64,000 bases of DNA from Octopus vulgaris (taxonomy: Eukaryota): positions 83,452,001 to 83,516,000 of the forward strand of contig OX597823.1 of assembly GCA_951406725.2 (NCBI GenBank). The letters are read 5' to 3'. Position 1 is the first letter of the stretch. Each line of letters starts with the position of its first letter. Below, one piece after another: positions 1 through 13,221 of this stretch. The position numbers were made by a program, and so were the translations under genes. Below the pieces are notes generated by a model. That model was not told where the DNA came from, made no database searches, and was given only the letters and a program-made list of their open reading frames with translations.

Positions 1-391
1 AATAAAAACACATGTACTATATATTTGGTGTTACTTTGCTTCAGTGTTATTTATTTTTTACATTAATCTTAATCTTATTTCGGCCAGAGTTCTTTCGTCA
101 CACTCCTGTGACCGCATCAGTGGTCCTTTGTTTTCTTCTTACTTATTTGTGTCTCTCCTTACTAACCGTCAGCCATTTTCAGAAAATGGTTAGTAAGGAG
201 AGACACAAATAAGAAAGAAGAAAAGAAAGGACCACTGATGCGGTCACAGGAGTGTGACGAAAGAACTCTGGCCGAAATAAGATTAAGATTAATGTAAAAA
301 ATAAATAACACTGAAGCAAAGTAACACCAAATATATAGTGCCTGTGTTTTTATTGGCTAAACTGGCAAAATCACCATTCCTAAATACAACA
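1..391. mobile_element. Fold-back (inverted-duplicated) pLTR-like repeat ending in (TA)n; partial HHR-like core
   Basis: 1-~167 is a near-perfect reverse complement of ~187-354. The plus arm has CTGATGC-GGTCA...TGGCC-GAAA (235-277) and runs into (TA)n at ~392. The window may truncate it on the left. Confidence 0.6.
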
Positions 392-412
392 ATATATATA
401 TATATATATATA

Positions 413-788
413 TCTTCTCTCTATATATAAACGGCAGTTTGTCTGTGTGTGTTTCTGTGTGTCTGTTAGGTTGTACCCTCACCCTGACCATGGCTTTCAA
501 CCGATTCTGATGAAACTTAACACACACATAGCCCAATGTCATAATTCAAAACTAACGCAGCGAAAGTTTTGAAAAGTTCCCCCAGTTCTGAAAAAAATCG
601 ATAAATTCGACATGGGGTCGAGAATCAGAAACACAAACCACAGACTGTCTAGGGGACGCAACTCGACCTTTTTAACTAAAAAAAAAATTTTTACCATAAT
701 TTTTTTTCCATTTTTTGGCTATAACTCTCTAAAAATGCTTTATAGTTATTTCCCTTACAAACCCGAGCAACGCCGGGCGATACTGCTA

Positions 789-789
<1 letters not shown>
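413..789 (+). mobile_element. Non-autonomous Helitron-like element
   Basis: 5' TC(TC)TATATATAAA start, subterminal hairpin CCCGAGCAACGCCGGG, 3' CTAG followed by T. The same ends recur five more times in the window. Confidence 0.8.
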
Positions 790-865
<76 letters not shown>

Positions 866-1139
866 TTGTATTTCTGGATGGTATATATTATTTGGGGGAG
901 CAACTTTTTTTTATCGAAAGTGTATAAGTTGTTAAATGATCGAAATACAAAACTAGGAAAACAGCCAACAACTGATAAAGGGTCGTTCTTTATGTTGTTT
1001 GTTTTGTTTTCCATTTGTGTCTTTCGTTGTTCGAAAGAATAGTTTATGTTCCATGTATTTGTGCTTCGCACATTTTTGCTGTACATTTTTCGTGGCGTCA
1101 TTTGCTCTTTCTCTCTCACACATACACACACACACATAT

Positions 1140-1530
1140 ATGATGGATGGAAGCACTCCGTCGGTTCCGACGACGAGGGTTCCGGTTGATCCGATCAACG
1201 GAACAGCCTGCTCGTGGAATTAACGTGCAAGTAGCTGAGCACTCCACAGACACGTGTACCCTTAACGTAGTTCTTGGGGATATTCAGCGTGACACAGAGA
1301 GTGACAAGACTGGCCCTTTGAAATACAGGTACAACAGAAACAGGAAGAAAGCGTGAGAGAAAGTTGTGGTGAAAGAGAGTACAGCAGGGATCACCACCAT
1401 CCCTGCCGGAGCCTCGTGGAGCTTTAGGTGTCTTCGCTCAATAAACACTCACAATGCCCGGTCTGGGAATCGAAACCGCGATCCTATGACCGCGAGTCCG
1501 CTGCCCTAACCACTGGGCCATTGCGCCTCC
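1140..1530 (-). mobile_element. tRNA-derived SINE (type A)
   Basis: The minus strand starts GGAGGCGCAATGGCCCAGTGG (A box) ... GTTTCGATTCC (B box). Shared with copies at 1853, 34002 and 37395. Confidence 0.85.
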
Positions 1531-1742
1531 ACACACACACACATATATATATGGAAAAAAAAGTCAAGATAGAAAATGCTAAAATAATTTTATAAAAAAC
1601 ATTTCAGTACCGATTTCGGTCTTTGAGACTTTTTCAACTGTAAGTATGGAAGACAATTAAATTTTGGAAAAATTAGAAGAAAAGTTTTTTTAAAGAATAT
1701 TTGCGCAGTGCTCAAATACAAGTGGTATTTTCCTTGTTTCTG

Positions 1743-2168
<426 letters not shown>

Positions 2169-2647
2169 TAGATAGATAGATAGATAGATATTATATTTCG
2201 GGATGGTATATATATATATATATACATACACACACACATATTTCCTATCCTTTGCCATGCTGGACCGCTGAAATCTACAACTGTTTTTCATTCTCTCTCT
2301 GTTTATTTTCTCTTATTCCTTTCTATTGAAGAGCGTAGGCTCGAAACGTAAAGGAATTTTTCATTTTCCCAAGCGTCGACCTAATACGCTTGCTTGTTGT
2401 TCGTACACTTGTCTTCGTCTTTTGTTTTTCTATAAATTTCAACTTTATGTGTGTATGTGTGTTATATTCATACATATGCATACCTGTGTATGTACATCTA
2501 TACATGTAAATACATATGCGTTTGTGAGTGCATGAATGTGTGTGTGCGCAAGTATGTTTGTTTACATTTTTAGATCAATAAAATCATTTTATTGTAATAT
2601 ATATGCCTCTTTTTGTGTGTGTGCATGTGAGAAATTCATAAATATAA

Positions 2648-3048
2648 TCTTTATATATAAAAGAGAAGTTGTGTGTCTGTCTCCAACGATTTAGATTCCT
2701 AACTACTCCCACATTTTGCGGTGCAGTTTAACCAAAACCGGGTATCTTATAGTTGTGATTCATATCGAGCCCTTCTGGGTATTAGCGCGCGTTTACGATG
2801 AGTCTACGATTTTAAAAAAAATTACCATCATTTTTTTCCATTTTAATGCATTTTTTCGCTATTATATAAGGGAAGTAACTCTCTAAAAATGTCTACGATG
2901 AGTCAACGATTTTTTAAAAAAAATTACCATAATTTTTTTTTTCCATTTTTAATGTATTTTTTTTGCTATTTTTTGGTTATAACTCTCTAAAAATGCTTAT
3001 ATAGTTATTTCCCTTACAAATCCGAGCAACGCCGGGCGATACTGCTAG
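2648..3048 (+). mobile_element. Non-autonomous Helitron-like element
   Basis: TC start, 3' hairpin and CTAG end. Inverted partner at 3330-3732. Confidence 0.8.
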
Positions 3049-3329
3049 TTTACTATAAAAATTTAATTTCATTTTCATTAAAATACTGGTGAATTCAGAG
3101 CTCACTACAGTTCGCTTGTAGTTAGCTGCCTCTGACTATCACTCGCTGCCACTCCGTTTGCTGTTTTACTCTTCTTTCCTTAGTGTATTCAGAGCAAAGC
3201 CTTTAAATATTTTCCACCTTCTTTAGTGCCTCTCACTGTCACCCACTCCCATTTTGTCTGTTGTTTTACTCTTCATTGCCCACAGCGTGACAGACGGGAA
3301 CATAATATGCGTTATATTATATTAAAAGA

Positions 3330-3732
3330 CTAGCAGTATCGCCCGGCGTTGCTCGGGTTTGTAAGGGAAATAACTATAGAAGCATTTTTAGAGAGTTATA
3401 GCCAAAAAAATAGCAACAAAAAAATGCATTAAAAATGGAAAAAAAAATGATGGTAATTTTTTTTTTAAATCGTTGACTCATCGTAGACATTTTTAGAGAG
3501 TTACTTCCCTTATATAATAGCGAAAAAATGCATTAAAATGGAAAAAAATGATGGTAAATTATTTAAAAAACCGTAGACTCATCGTAGACCCGCGCTAATA
3601 CCCAGAAGGGCTCGATATGAATCACGACTATAAGATACCCGCTTTTGGTTACACTGCACCGCAAAATGTGGGAGTAGTTAGGAATCTAAATCGTATGAGA
3701 CAGACACACAACTTCACTTTTATATATAAAGA
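3330..3732 (-). mobile_element. Non-autonomous Helitron-like element
   Basis: Close reverse complement of 2648-3048. Confidence 0.8.
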
Positions 3733-3749
3733 TTAGAAGTTATAGCATT

Positions 3750-4082
3750 GAAGGTGCATGGCTTAGTGGTTAGCGTGTTCGGCTCACGGTTGTAAGGTCG
3801 TCAGTTCGATTCCTAGAGGTGTGTTTTGTTCTTAAGCAAAACATTTTATTTCACGTTGCTCCATCCGCTCAGCTAGCAAAAATTAGTTGTAACTCTAATT
3901 CAAAAAGCCATCCTTGTAACATTCGGTGTCGTGTTGAATCTACCTGAGAGCTGCGTTAAGGGTACACGCGTCTGCAGGGTGCTCAGTCACTTACATGTCA
4001 ATTTCACGAGCAGGATGTTCTGTCGGTCGGCTCAACTAGAACACTCGTTGTTGTACGGGTGCTCGCCCGGAATGCCTTGAGA
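3750..4082 (+). mobile_element. Diverged tRNA-derived SINE
   Basis: TGGCTTAGTGG A box and GTTCGATTCC B box. The tail matches the 1140-1300 region in reverse. Confidence 0.7.
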
Positions 4083-4119
4083 AATTGTGAATAGCCTCAT
4101 TTGGAAACCAGAAGGTGTA

Positions 4120-4179
<60 letters not shown>

Positions 4180-4626
4180 GTTTTTGTCACATTTTTTTTC
4201 CTTGTTTTTACCCCTCTGCAAAGGAATTTTATTTAATTCCTTCGCAGAAAGGACTAGTTCGACGAGACGTGTTCTGTCCTCACCTTCGAAACACGCTGGA
4301 GTTGAACTAGGGACGGCTGATGAAGGGGATTTTTCCTTGTGTAGTTGTCTGGTACTCTGATTTTTCGTTGTTAAAGGAATGGTCCGTTCCATGCTGTTTT
4401 TACGTTTTCGTTTCTCGTTGAGTTCTACGTCTAATTGTGGTGTCCTGTACACACGTATATATATTTATATATGCATGTATATATACATTTAGATGTAGGT
4501 ACGTACATATATGTTTGTATGTATGCATATATTTTATTTATTACACTATTGTATGACTGAGCGCCTTCGCGTCGATTCGATTCGTTTGGTTTCGTTTCGT
4601 TTCTTCTTCTTCTCTAAGCTGGTTTA

Positions 4627-4703
<77 letters not shown>

Positions 4704-5137
4704 GAAACAAACGTTCCAGATGTTATCTAAATCATTTATATCAGCATATCACCAACATATGTTTCAACAGATGCATTAAAATAAATCGGAGAAGAATAAT
4801 GATATGAAAAAATGCATCTCTTATCTGGGAGGATATAAATAACACTGCTCATCAATAAGTCATTATCAGATAAAAAAAAAATTATCAACTTTTATTATAT
4901 TCATGATATATATTGTTTCTGGTATAAATTAATATTACCAAGAAATATTACCGGTTCCTGGCACATTGGAAAAATAATAATAAAAACTGCCAGTACGCCA
5001 CATCAGATAGCTTGAGAAGCGCTGACATACGCCATTCAGCTGAAAAAGAAATCTAAGAAACGTAATCTTTTACAGAAATTGCCGAAGAAATAATTCCAGT
5101 TTTCAAATATAAGCAAAATGTCGCCCTTTATTGTTTA

Positions 5138-5513
5138 CTAGCAGTATCGCCCGGCGTTGCTCGGGTTTGTTTCGACCCTTTAGAATTGGAATTTTTTAAA
5201 AGTAAAAATTTTGCATTATGTAGCTTGTTATTCTCTTTAAGTGAACATTTTTCTGGTTGAAATACACCGAAAAATGGCGACACAGCAGTCAAAAAATCGT
5301 AAAAAATAGGGGTTCTCATAGAAAAAAAGCCCCTTTTTGGAATTAACATGGTCCGATTTGAATTTTTTGTTCTACGGAAGGAAGAGCAAGCCTTCTTCTA
5401 TCATACTCTCAATTTTGGTCAACTTGCGCCGCAGGGTCTCGGAGGAGATAGAGTTAGTTGAAGGCTACCAAACCTGTCATACACAGACAACTTCAGCTTT
5501 ATATTTATAGAGA
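5138..5513 (-). mobile_element. Non-autonomous Helitron-like element (second subfamily)
   Basis: End CTAGCAGTATCGCCCGGCGTTGCTCGGG. Near-identical to 38241-38631. Confidence 0.8.
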
Positions 5514-5742
5514 TTACATTCTATTTCAGACAATACCTTTAAAAAAATCTATTTGCATTAATTTACCCAAGAATTTCATAGAAAAAGAGCGTGATGCTTT
5601 ATCGAGAAAGTGAAACAGCTTCACTCAGACTACATGAAATGAGTGTAAGGCGGGAAACATATTGGAGGCCATGGCAAAATATCTCCAGTGTGTAGGCTAA
5701 ACTGTGGTTGACACATTTCCTCAACATTCCGTTGTTGATATA

Positions 5743-6248
5743 GGCGTGGCTCTGTGGTAAGAAGCTTGCTTCCTAACTACATGATTCAGGGTTCAGTCCC
5801 ACTGCGCAGTACCTTGGGCAAGTGTCTTTTAATATAGCCTCGGGCTGACCAAAGCCTTGTGGATGAATGTGGTAGACGGAAACTGGGAGAAGCCCGTTGT
5901 ATGTATGTATTTATGTATGTATGTATGCATGCATGCAATATATATATATATATATATATATATCTTTTACTTGTTTCATCCATTTGACTGCGGCCATGCT
6001 GGGGCACCGCCTCGAAGGGTTTTTAGTCGAACAAATGGACACCAGGAGTTATTTTTTTAAAGCCAACTACTTATTCTATCTGTTCTGTTTGCCGAACCGC
6101 TACGTTATGTATGTCTTTGTGTCTGCAAAAGTACTAGGCTTAAAAAAAGTCCTGGGGTCGATTTGTTTGACTAAAACTCTTTAAGGCGGTTGCTTCGGCA
6201 TGGCCACAGTCAAACGACTGAAACAGGTAAGAGAGTAAAAGAGTAAAC
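5743..6248. mobile_element. CORE-like SINE fragments (head on +, tail pieces on both strands)
   Basis: GGTTCAGTCCC B box, CCTTGGGCAAGT CORE-like motif, tail GGCGGTGCTCCAGCATGGCC-like. Confidence 0.7.
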
Positions 6249-6649
6249 AGAAAGAAAAAAGTTCTGGAAGTTACAAGAAAAGAAGGCCGAGGCAGAGGCA
6301 AAGTTGTGAAGGCGAACAGAGAAAATAATACATATGTATTAGATGACAACATATGATTATGTTATTCATTAAAAAGCGGAACTTGTTTAATTAAAGCAAG
6401 CCTGGTTTTACATCTTTTCGAATGAGTCAAGACAGTCTGGATCTAAAGAAGAAAAAAATAATAAAAAATTGGGCAAAACTGCTTATAGCGCCCACAAAAG
6501 GTGATGATGAAACGAAGAGGCATGATATCACATGGTAAAAACTGGAATTTCCAGCGAAATACGTAAACAAATAAAGAAGGTTGGAAATACTAACAAAATG
6601 CACAGATGTTTGCTCTTTTTACAAGGTCTCATGGGAAAGCTAGCGAACT

Positions 6650-7225
6650 GACAACATCAGTAACACGTCAGACAAAATGCTTAACGGTATTTCTTTCTGC
6701 GTAGGCGTATTTCGTCTGTCGTTACGTTGTGAGTTCAAATTCCGCCGAGGTCGATTTTGCCTTTCATCCTTTCGGGGTCGATAAATTAAGTACCAGTTAC
6801 GCACTGGGGGCGATGTAATCGACTTAATACCTATGTCTGTCTTTGTTTGTCCCTTCTTGTTTAGCCCCTTGTGGGTAATAAAGAAATAGGTATTTCTTTC
6901 TTAAGACGGTGAGCTGGCAGAAACGTTAGCACGCCGGGCGAAATGCGTAGGCGTATTTCGTCTGTCGTTACGTTGAGAGTTCAAATTCCGCCGAGGTCGG
7001 CTTTGCCTTTCATCCTTTCGGGGTCGATAAATTAAGTACCAGTTACGCACTGGGGACGATGTAATCGACTTAATACCTATGTCTGTCTTTGTTTGTCCCT
7101 TCTATGTTTAGCCCCTTGTGGGTAATAAAGAAATAGGCATTTCTTTCGACTCTTTAAGTCGTGAGTTCAAATCTCGCTGAGGTTGACCTTGCGTATTATG
7201 CTTTCAGGGTTGATAAACTGAAATA
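6650..7225 (+). mobile_element. Tandem Nin/Deu-domain SINE copies
   Basis: Repeated GAGTTCAAATTCC B box followed by GCCTTTCATCCTTTCGGGGTCGATAAATTAAGTACCAG. Confidence 0.8.
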
Positions 7226-7571
7226 CGTACGGGTCTTTACAGATTTTAATTTTAAAATTAAGGGAAATTTTGCAAATTTGGTATAAAGGTGTAACTTTTC
7301 ACTCTGAATCCAATTTTGTTACTCATTTATAGGTTTTAGAAAAATGTTACAGAGGTTTAAAGTTTGATCATTTTTACCCACTCACAAAACAGGATTTAGA
7401 TGCTAGCATTTTCTGCATGAGAGCTGTTTCACTAATTTAAAGCAAAAATATTACGACGACGGAGAATTAATTAACTAAATGAAAGCGAAATATTACGACC
7501 ACGAAAGTTGTAATAAGTTTTGATATTTTAATGAATAAATTCTTGTGAAACGACTGGAAAGGTATATACTC

Positions 7572-7985
7572 TTACTCTTTACTCTTTTACTTGTTTCAGT
7601 CATTTGACTGCGGCCATGCTGGAGCACCGCCTTTAGTCGAGCAAATCGACCCCGGGACTTATTCTTTGTAAGCCCAGTACTTATTCTATCGGTCTCTTTT
7701 GCCGAACCGCTAAGTGACGGGGACGTAAATATACCAGCCAGCATCGGTTGTCAAGCAATGTTAGGGGGACAAACACAGACACACAAACACATACACACAC
7801 ATACATATATATATATATACATATATACGACAGGCTTCTTTCAGTTTCCGTCTACCAAATCCACTCACAAGGCATTGGTCGGCCCGGGGCTATAGTAGAA
7901 GACACTTGCCCAAGATGCCACGCAGTGGGACTGAACCCGGAACCATGTGTTTGGTTAGCACACAGCCACAGCCACTCCTGCGCCT
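7572..7985 (-). mobile_element. Full-length CORE-like SINE (type B)
   Basis: Reverse complement of the 10018-10432 family, with an internal (TA)/(CA) tract. Confidence 0.85.
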
Positions 7986-8277
7986 ATAAATATTTATTTT
8001 TAAAAAAAACCTTCAATGTAATTTGTTTGTGAAAATTTACACCTTTTATATTAGTGTTCAGGGAACAGGTTAGGATTAAGGTTTGGGTTAAGGCTATGGT
8101 TTAGGGTTTAGGGTTAAGTAAAAAAACTTACTTAGGCTAAAAATCACACGCGTTATGGGGGGTTAGGTTCAGACAGGAGACTACAAGTTCACTTGTATGT
8201 AAGTCTTAATGAATTTTAAAGAATGAAGTCATGTGAAACGGTCAATCAAGCATGTAAATGATTTAAAAAGAAAATGC

Positions 8278-8521
8278 GGATCTTTTCACTTTGACCGGCA
8301 GATTTAAAAAATAACTTTTTGTAACTCAACACTTTAAAACTTCATTGAAATTGCCGAAATACGAGAAATTTAACAAATAGCTTACAAACTACAGAATTTT
8401 CTTAAGAACGGCAAGAGAAAAAGATGTTTTATGTGACACATTCTGCCTGTATACGAAGTTTTAAAGTGTTTAGTTACAAAAAATTACTTTTTTAAATCTG
8501 CCGGTCAAAGTGAAAAGATCT
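8278..8521. mobile_element. GG-terminal MITE with 8-bp TSD
   Basis: TIR GGATCTTTTCACTTTGACCGGCAGATTT, TSD GAAAATGC on both sides, empty paralogous site at ~12807. Confidence 0.85.
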
Positions 8522-8742
8522 GAAAATGCACCTGTAGAGAAAATACACATTACACAAATTACATTTAAACAGACAGCAACTTTGGTTGTTACTATGGATA
8601 CAGGCACCAATGTGTCTGTGAGTTTTGATTAACTAAAATTACCCAAAATTTGCAAAATTAAACGCTATTAACTTTTTATTTATTAATTTATAGAAAAAAT
8701 GAATTTCATTTTCATAATTAACATACAAAACTAAATCAGTAC

Positions 8743-9419
8743 GGTACTACTTGAGAACAGTGGTCCCGGTGCGTGCACTCGCGTACTCACGCATCCGCGC
8801 TAGCTAGTCATGACTAGTCGATCCTTACTTTGTGTTTTTGTGTTATTTACTTTGTTTAAAAAATTATTTACTTTACTCTTTTACCTGTTTCAGTCATTTG
8901 ACTGCGGCCATGCTGGAGCACCGTCTTTAGTCGAGCAAATCGACCCCGGAACTTATTCTTTGTAAGCCCAGTACTTATTCTATCGGTCTCTTTTGCCGAA
9001 CCGCTAAGTGACGGGGACGTAAACAAACCAGCATCGGTTGTCAAGCAATACTAGGGGGAAAACACAGACACACAAACATATACACACACATACATATATA
9101 TATATACATATATACGACGGGCTTCTTTCAGTTTCCGTCTACCAAATCCACTCACAAGGCTTTGGTCGGCCCGAGGCTATAGTAGAAGACACTTGCCCAA
9201 GGTGCCACGCAGTGGGAATGAACACGGAACCATGTGGTTGGTAAACAAGCTACTTACCACACAGCCACTCCTGCACTTTGTGTAAAAAAAAAATGATTTA
9301 TTTTGTGTTTTATTTACTTTGCTACGTAGTCGTTGTAGGATCAACTAGTCACGACTAGCTAGCGCGGATGCGCGAGTACGCGAGTGCGCGCACCGGGACC
9401 ACTGTTCTCAAGTAGTACC
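8743..9419. mobile_element. MITE with ~80-bp GC-rich TIRs and a nested CORE-like SINE (8868-9274, -)
   Basis: TIR GGTACTACTTGAGAACAGTGGTCCCGGTGCG..., flanking duplication CTAAATCAGTAC, empty site at ~13011. Confidence 0.85.
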
Positions 9420-10017
9420 CTAAATCAGTACTCCAAATTTGTAAAACAATGGGAACGAAATTAATAATAGAAAACTTTGAGAACAAAAGAACAGACCCTA
9501 AAGTAGTAGTTAGCACTGGTGTCGATGCAATCGACTTGTTCCCTTCCCTCTAAATTACTGGCCTACAACGAACCTGCAACCCTATTCGGCGTGTTGTGAT
9601 TTCGGTCACTTTTACGTCATTGAAACTAGGAAACAACGCCTTATGAATTTTAGAGCTCAAAAATAGAAGAAAAAAAGTTCTGGAAGTTACAAGAAAAGAA
9701 GGCCGAGCCTAGGCAAAGTTGTGAAGGCGAACAGAGAAAGCAATACTATGTATTAGATGACAACATATGATTAGTTTATTCATTAAAAAGCGGAACTTGT
9801 TTAATTAAAAGCAAGCCTGGTTTTACATCTTTTCGAATGAGTCAAGATAGTGTGAAAAAGAAAATAGATAATTTGAATCGTGCGATACTGCTTATAACGC
9901 CCCACAAAAAATGCTGAAACGAAGAAACATGATACAACATGATGAAAACTGGAATTCCCAGTGAAATATGTAAACAAATAATGAATGTTGGTAAAAATTT
10001 TTTAGAACAATGTTACA

Positions 10018-10432
10018 GGCGCAGGAGTGGCTGTGTGGTAAGTAGCTTGCTAACCAACCACATGGTTCCGGGTTCAGTCCCACTGCGTGGCATCTTGGGC
10101 AAGTGTCTTCTGCTATAGCCCCGGGCCGACCAATGCCTTGTGAGTGGATTTGGTAGACGGAAACTGAAAGAAGCCTGTCGTATATATGTATGTATATATA
10201 TATATATATATATGTAAGTGTGTGTCTGTGTTTGTCCCCCTAGCATTGCTTGACAACCGATGCTGGTGTGTTTACGTCGCCGTCACTTAGCGGTTCGGCA
10301 AAAGAGACCGATAGAATAAGTACTAGGCTTACAAAGAATAAGTCCCTGGGTCGATTTGCTCGACTAAAGGCGGTGCTCCAGCATGGCCGAAGTCAAAATG
10401 ACTGAAACAAGTAAAAAAGAGAAAAAGAGAAA
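10018..10432 (+). mobile_element. Full-length CORE-like SINE (type B)
   Basis: Head GGCGCAGGAGTGGCTGTGTGG, B box, CTTGGGCAAGT, AAAAGAG tail. Confidence 0.85.
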
Positions 10433-10670
10433 GAGGTTTAGAGTTTGCTTATTTTTACTCACTCACAAAACAGGATTTAGAAGCTAGCTGTTTCAACTAA
10501 TTTAAAGCCCTTTACGGCGGATGCTTCGGCATGGCCGCAGTCAATCGCTAAAACAAGTAAGAGAGTAAAAGAGTAAACAGAAAATAAAAAGAAAGAAAAA
10601 TTCTACAGGCAGAGGCACAGTTGTGAAGGCGAAGTGAGAAATGTATTAGATGACAATATATTAGTTATAT

Positions 10671-11097
10671 GGCAATCTTTCGTCTCTAGTAGACCTTTCC
10701 GTCGATTTCCGTAAAAAACTTCTTTTTTTTTTACATATGGACTTGCGGGAACTTTTGAAGTAATGAGAGCGAAAGAGACTAAGAGAAAGCGATTGTATGA
10801 CGAGAGAAGTTCTTTTGAAGTTACCGTGCATGGCAAGCATTGATGTACATGTGTGTGTGTGTGTGTGTTTGATGGGGTGTGGGAGACAGACAGTATGTTG
10901 TGTAAGTGAAGTGCTTCTGTTAGTGTGTGTGAAGAGACAGAGTAATGTGTGAAAGAAAGAGATAACTGAAATTTTTTACTCGGTGTATGTGTATACGTAT
11001 GTATATTACTTCAAAAGTTCCCGCAAGCCCATATGTAAAAAAAAAAATTTTTTTTACGGAAATCGACGGAAAGGTCTACTAGAGACAAAAGATCGCC
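10671..11097. mobile_element. GG-terminal MITE with ~90-bp TIRs and 8-bp TSD
   Basis: GGCAATCTTTCGTCTCTAGTAGACCTTTCC ... GATCGCC, TSD AGTTATAT/AGTTATTT. Second copy at 22639-23071. Confidence 0.85.
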
Positions 11098-11345
11098 AGT
11101 TATTTATTAAAAAGAGGAGCTTGTTTAATTAAATCAAGCCTGGTTGAGTCAAGCAGAGGCCTGGCCCACTCAAATTACATTACCGGCCACTTTAATAAAA
11201 TATAGTTTTTTGAGTGCCACTTGTATACTGACACAATCGAAAGCATGCTATTATTATTCTAGTAATAACATGCTTTCTCATGCTATTACTACAACAATAA
11301 TGAATAAATAATCGTAGATTTAACATGAAATATTATCGTTGTATT

Positions 11346-11731
11346 CTCTCTTTTTACTTGTTTCAGTCATTTGACTGCGGCCATGCTGGAGCACCGCTTT
11401 TGGTCGAGCAAATCGACCCAGGGACTTATTCTTTGTAAGCCTAGTACTTATTCTATCGGTCTCTTTTGCCGAACCGCTAGGTGACGGGGACGTAAACACA
11501 CCAGCATAAGTTGTCAAGCAATGCTAGGGGGACAAACACAGACACACAAACATACACACACACACATACATATATACGACAGGCTTCTTTCAGTTTCCGT
11601 CTACCAAATCCACTCACAAGGCATTGGTCGGCCCGGGGCTATAGCAGAAGACACTTGCCCAAGATGCCACGCAGTGGGACTGAATCCGGAACCATGTGGT
11701 TGGTTAGCAAGCTACTTACCACACAGCCACT
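11346..11731 (-). mobile_element. CORE-like SINE (type B)
   Basis: Near-identical to 7572-7985 and 10018-10432. Confidence 0.85.
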
Positions 11732-11797
11732 CTTTTTATTACCATCTTTAATTTGTGATGAAATTTTTTAAATGTTTGTTTAAATAAACCCATTTCA

Positions 11798-12065
11798 GGT
11801 ACTACTTAAGAAGAGTGGTCCCGGTGCGCGCACTAGCGTAGTCGCACATCTGCGCTAGCTAGTCGTGACTAGTCGATCCTACAATGACTACCTAGCAAAG
11901 TAAATAAAACACAAAATAAATATTTTTGTATACAAAGTAAATAATCTTTTTTAAACAAAGTAAATAAAACATAAAAACACAAAGGATCGACTAGTCACGA
12001 CTAGCTAGCGCGGATGCGCGAGTACGCAAGTGCGCGCACCGGGACCACTCTTCTTAAGTAGTACC
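11798..12065. mobile_element. MITE, same family as 8743-9419, uninterrupted
   Basis: GGTACTACTT...AAGTAGTACC TIRs, flanks CCCATTTCA/CCCATTTGA. Confidence 0.85.
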
Positions 12066-12297
12066 CCCATTTGAAGAAAGTATCAAAGCCAGTCTACATA
12101 AAATAAAAGGAAAACAACTTTAAAATTGTCGATACTGCTTATAGCGCTCCACAAAAGAAAATGATGAAATATGGTAAAAACTGGAATTTCCAGCGAAATA
12201 TATATAAGCAAATAATGAATGTTGGAAATTCTAAGAAAATGCACAAAAGTTTGACATGCCGGCTCTTGCTTCAGTATCATATCGGAGAGCTGGCAAC

Positions 12298-12328
<31 letters not shown>

Positions 12329-13221
12329 TTATATATGTGTGTGTGTGTGTATGTCTGTGTTTGTCCCCCCCAACATCACCTGACAACCTATGCTGGTGTG
12401 CATACGCCTCGGTAACTTAGTGGCTCGGCAAAACAGACTGATAGAATAAGTACTAAGCTTACAAAGAATAAGTCCTGGGGTCGATTTGCTCGACTAAAGG
12501 CGGTGCTCCAGCATGGCCGCAGTCAAATAACTGAAACATATAAGAGTACTTTATTTGCGAAAATTTACCCCCCGCCCCCCCAAAAAAAACACCCCCTGTA
12601 CATTGATGTTCAGGGTAGAGGTAAAGGTTAGTATTAAAGTTTGGGTTTAGGGTTAGGGGTTAGTTTCTGGGTCAGGGCTAAGGCTAGGGTTTAAAACACA
12701 CGCGTGGTTCAGGCAGCAGACTACAAGTTCACTTGTAAGTCTTAATGAATTTTAAAGAATGAAGTCATGTGAAACGGTCGATCAAGCATGTAAACGATTT
12801 AAAAAGAAAATGCACCTGTAGAGAAAATACACACGACGGTGGTTTAAACAGACTACAACTTCGCTTGTTACGATGGATACAGGCACTAAAGTGTCTGTGA
12901 GTTTTGATTAACTAAAATTACCCAAAATTTGCAAACTTTAAAAGCTATTAACTATTTATTTATTGATTTACAGCAAAAATGAATTTCATTTTCATAATTA
13001 GCATACAAAACTAAATCAGTACACCAAATTTGTAAAACAATGGGAACGAAATTTTAAAAAAAAAATCAAGAAAACCTCGACAGCAACAGAAAAGACCTAG
13101 GTGTTGATGTAATCGACTTGCCCCTTCCCTCAAAATTACTGGCCTACTATAGACTGGCCTCACTTTTCAGGGTCAGTGTTGTGATTTCGGTCCCTTTTAC
13201 ATCATGGAAACCAGGAAACAA

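Noticed and set aside
4312-4345. HHR at CTGATGAAGGGG, and at CTGACGA (40726, 53162)
   Set aside because: No properly placed GAAA plus NUH and no stem I partner.
7748-8032. Recurrent ORFs such as ...EDTCPRCHAVGLNPEP and RRHLPK
   Set aside because: They are antisense readings of the same SINE family, not a protein family.
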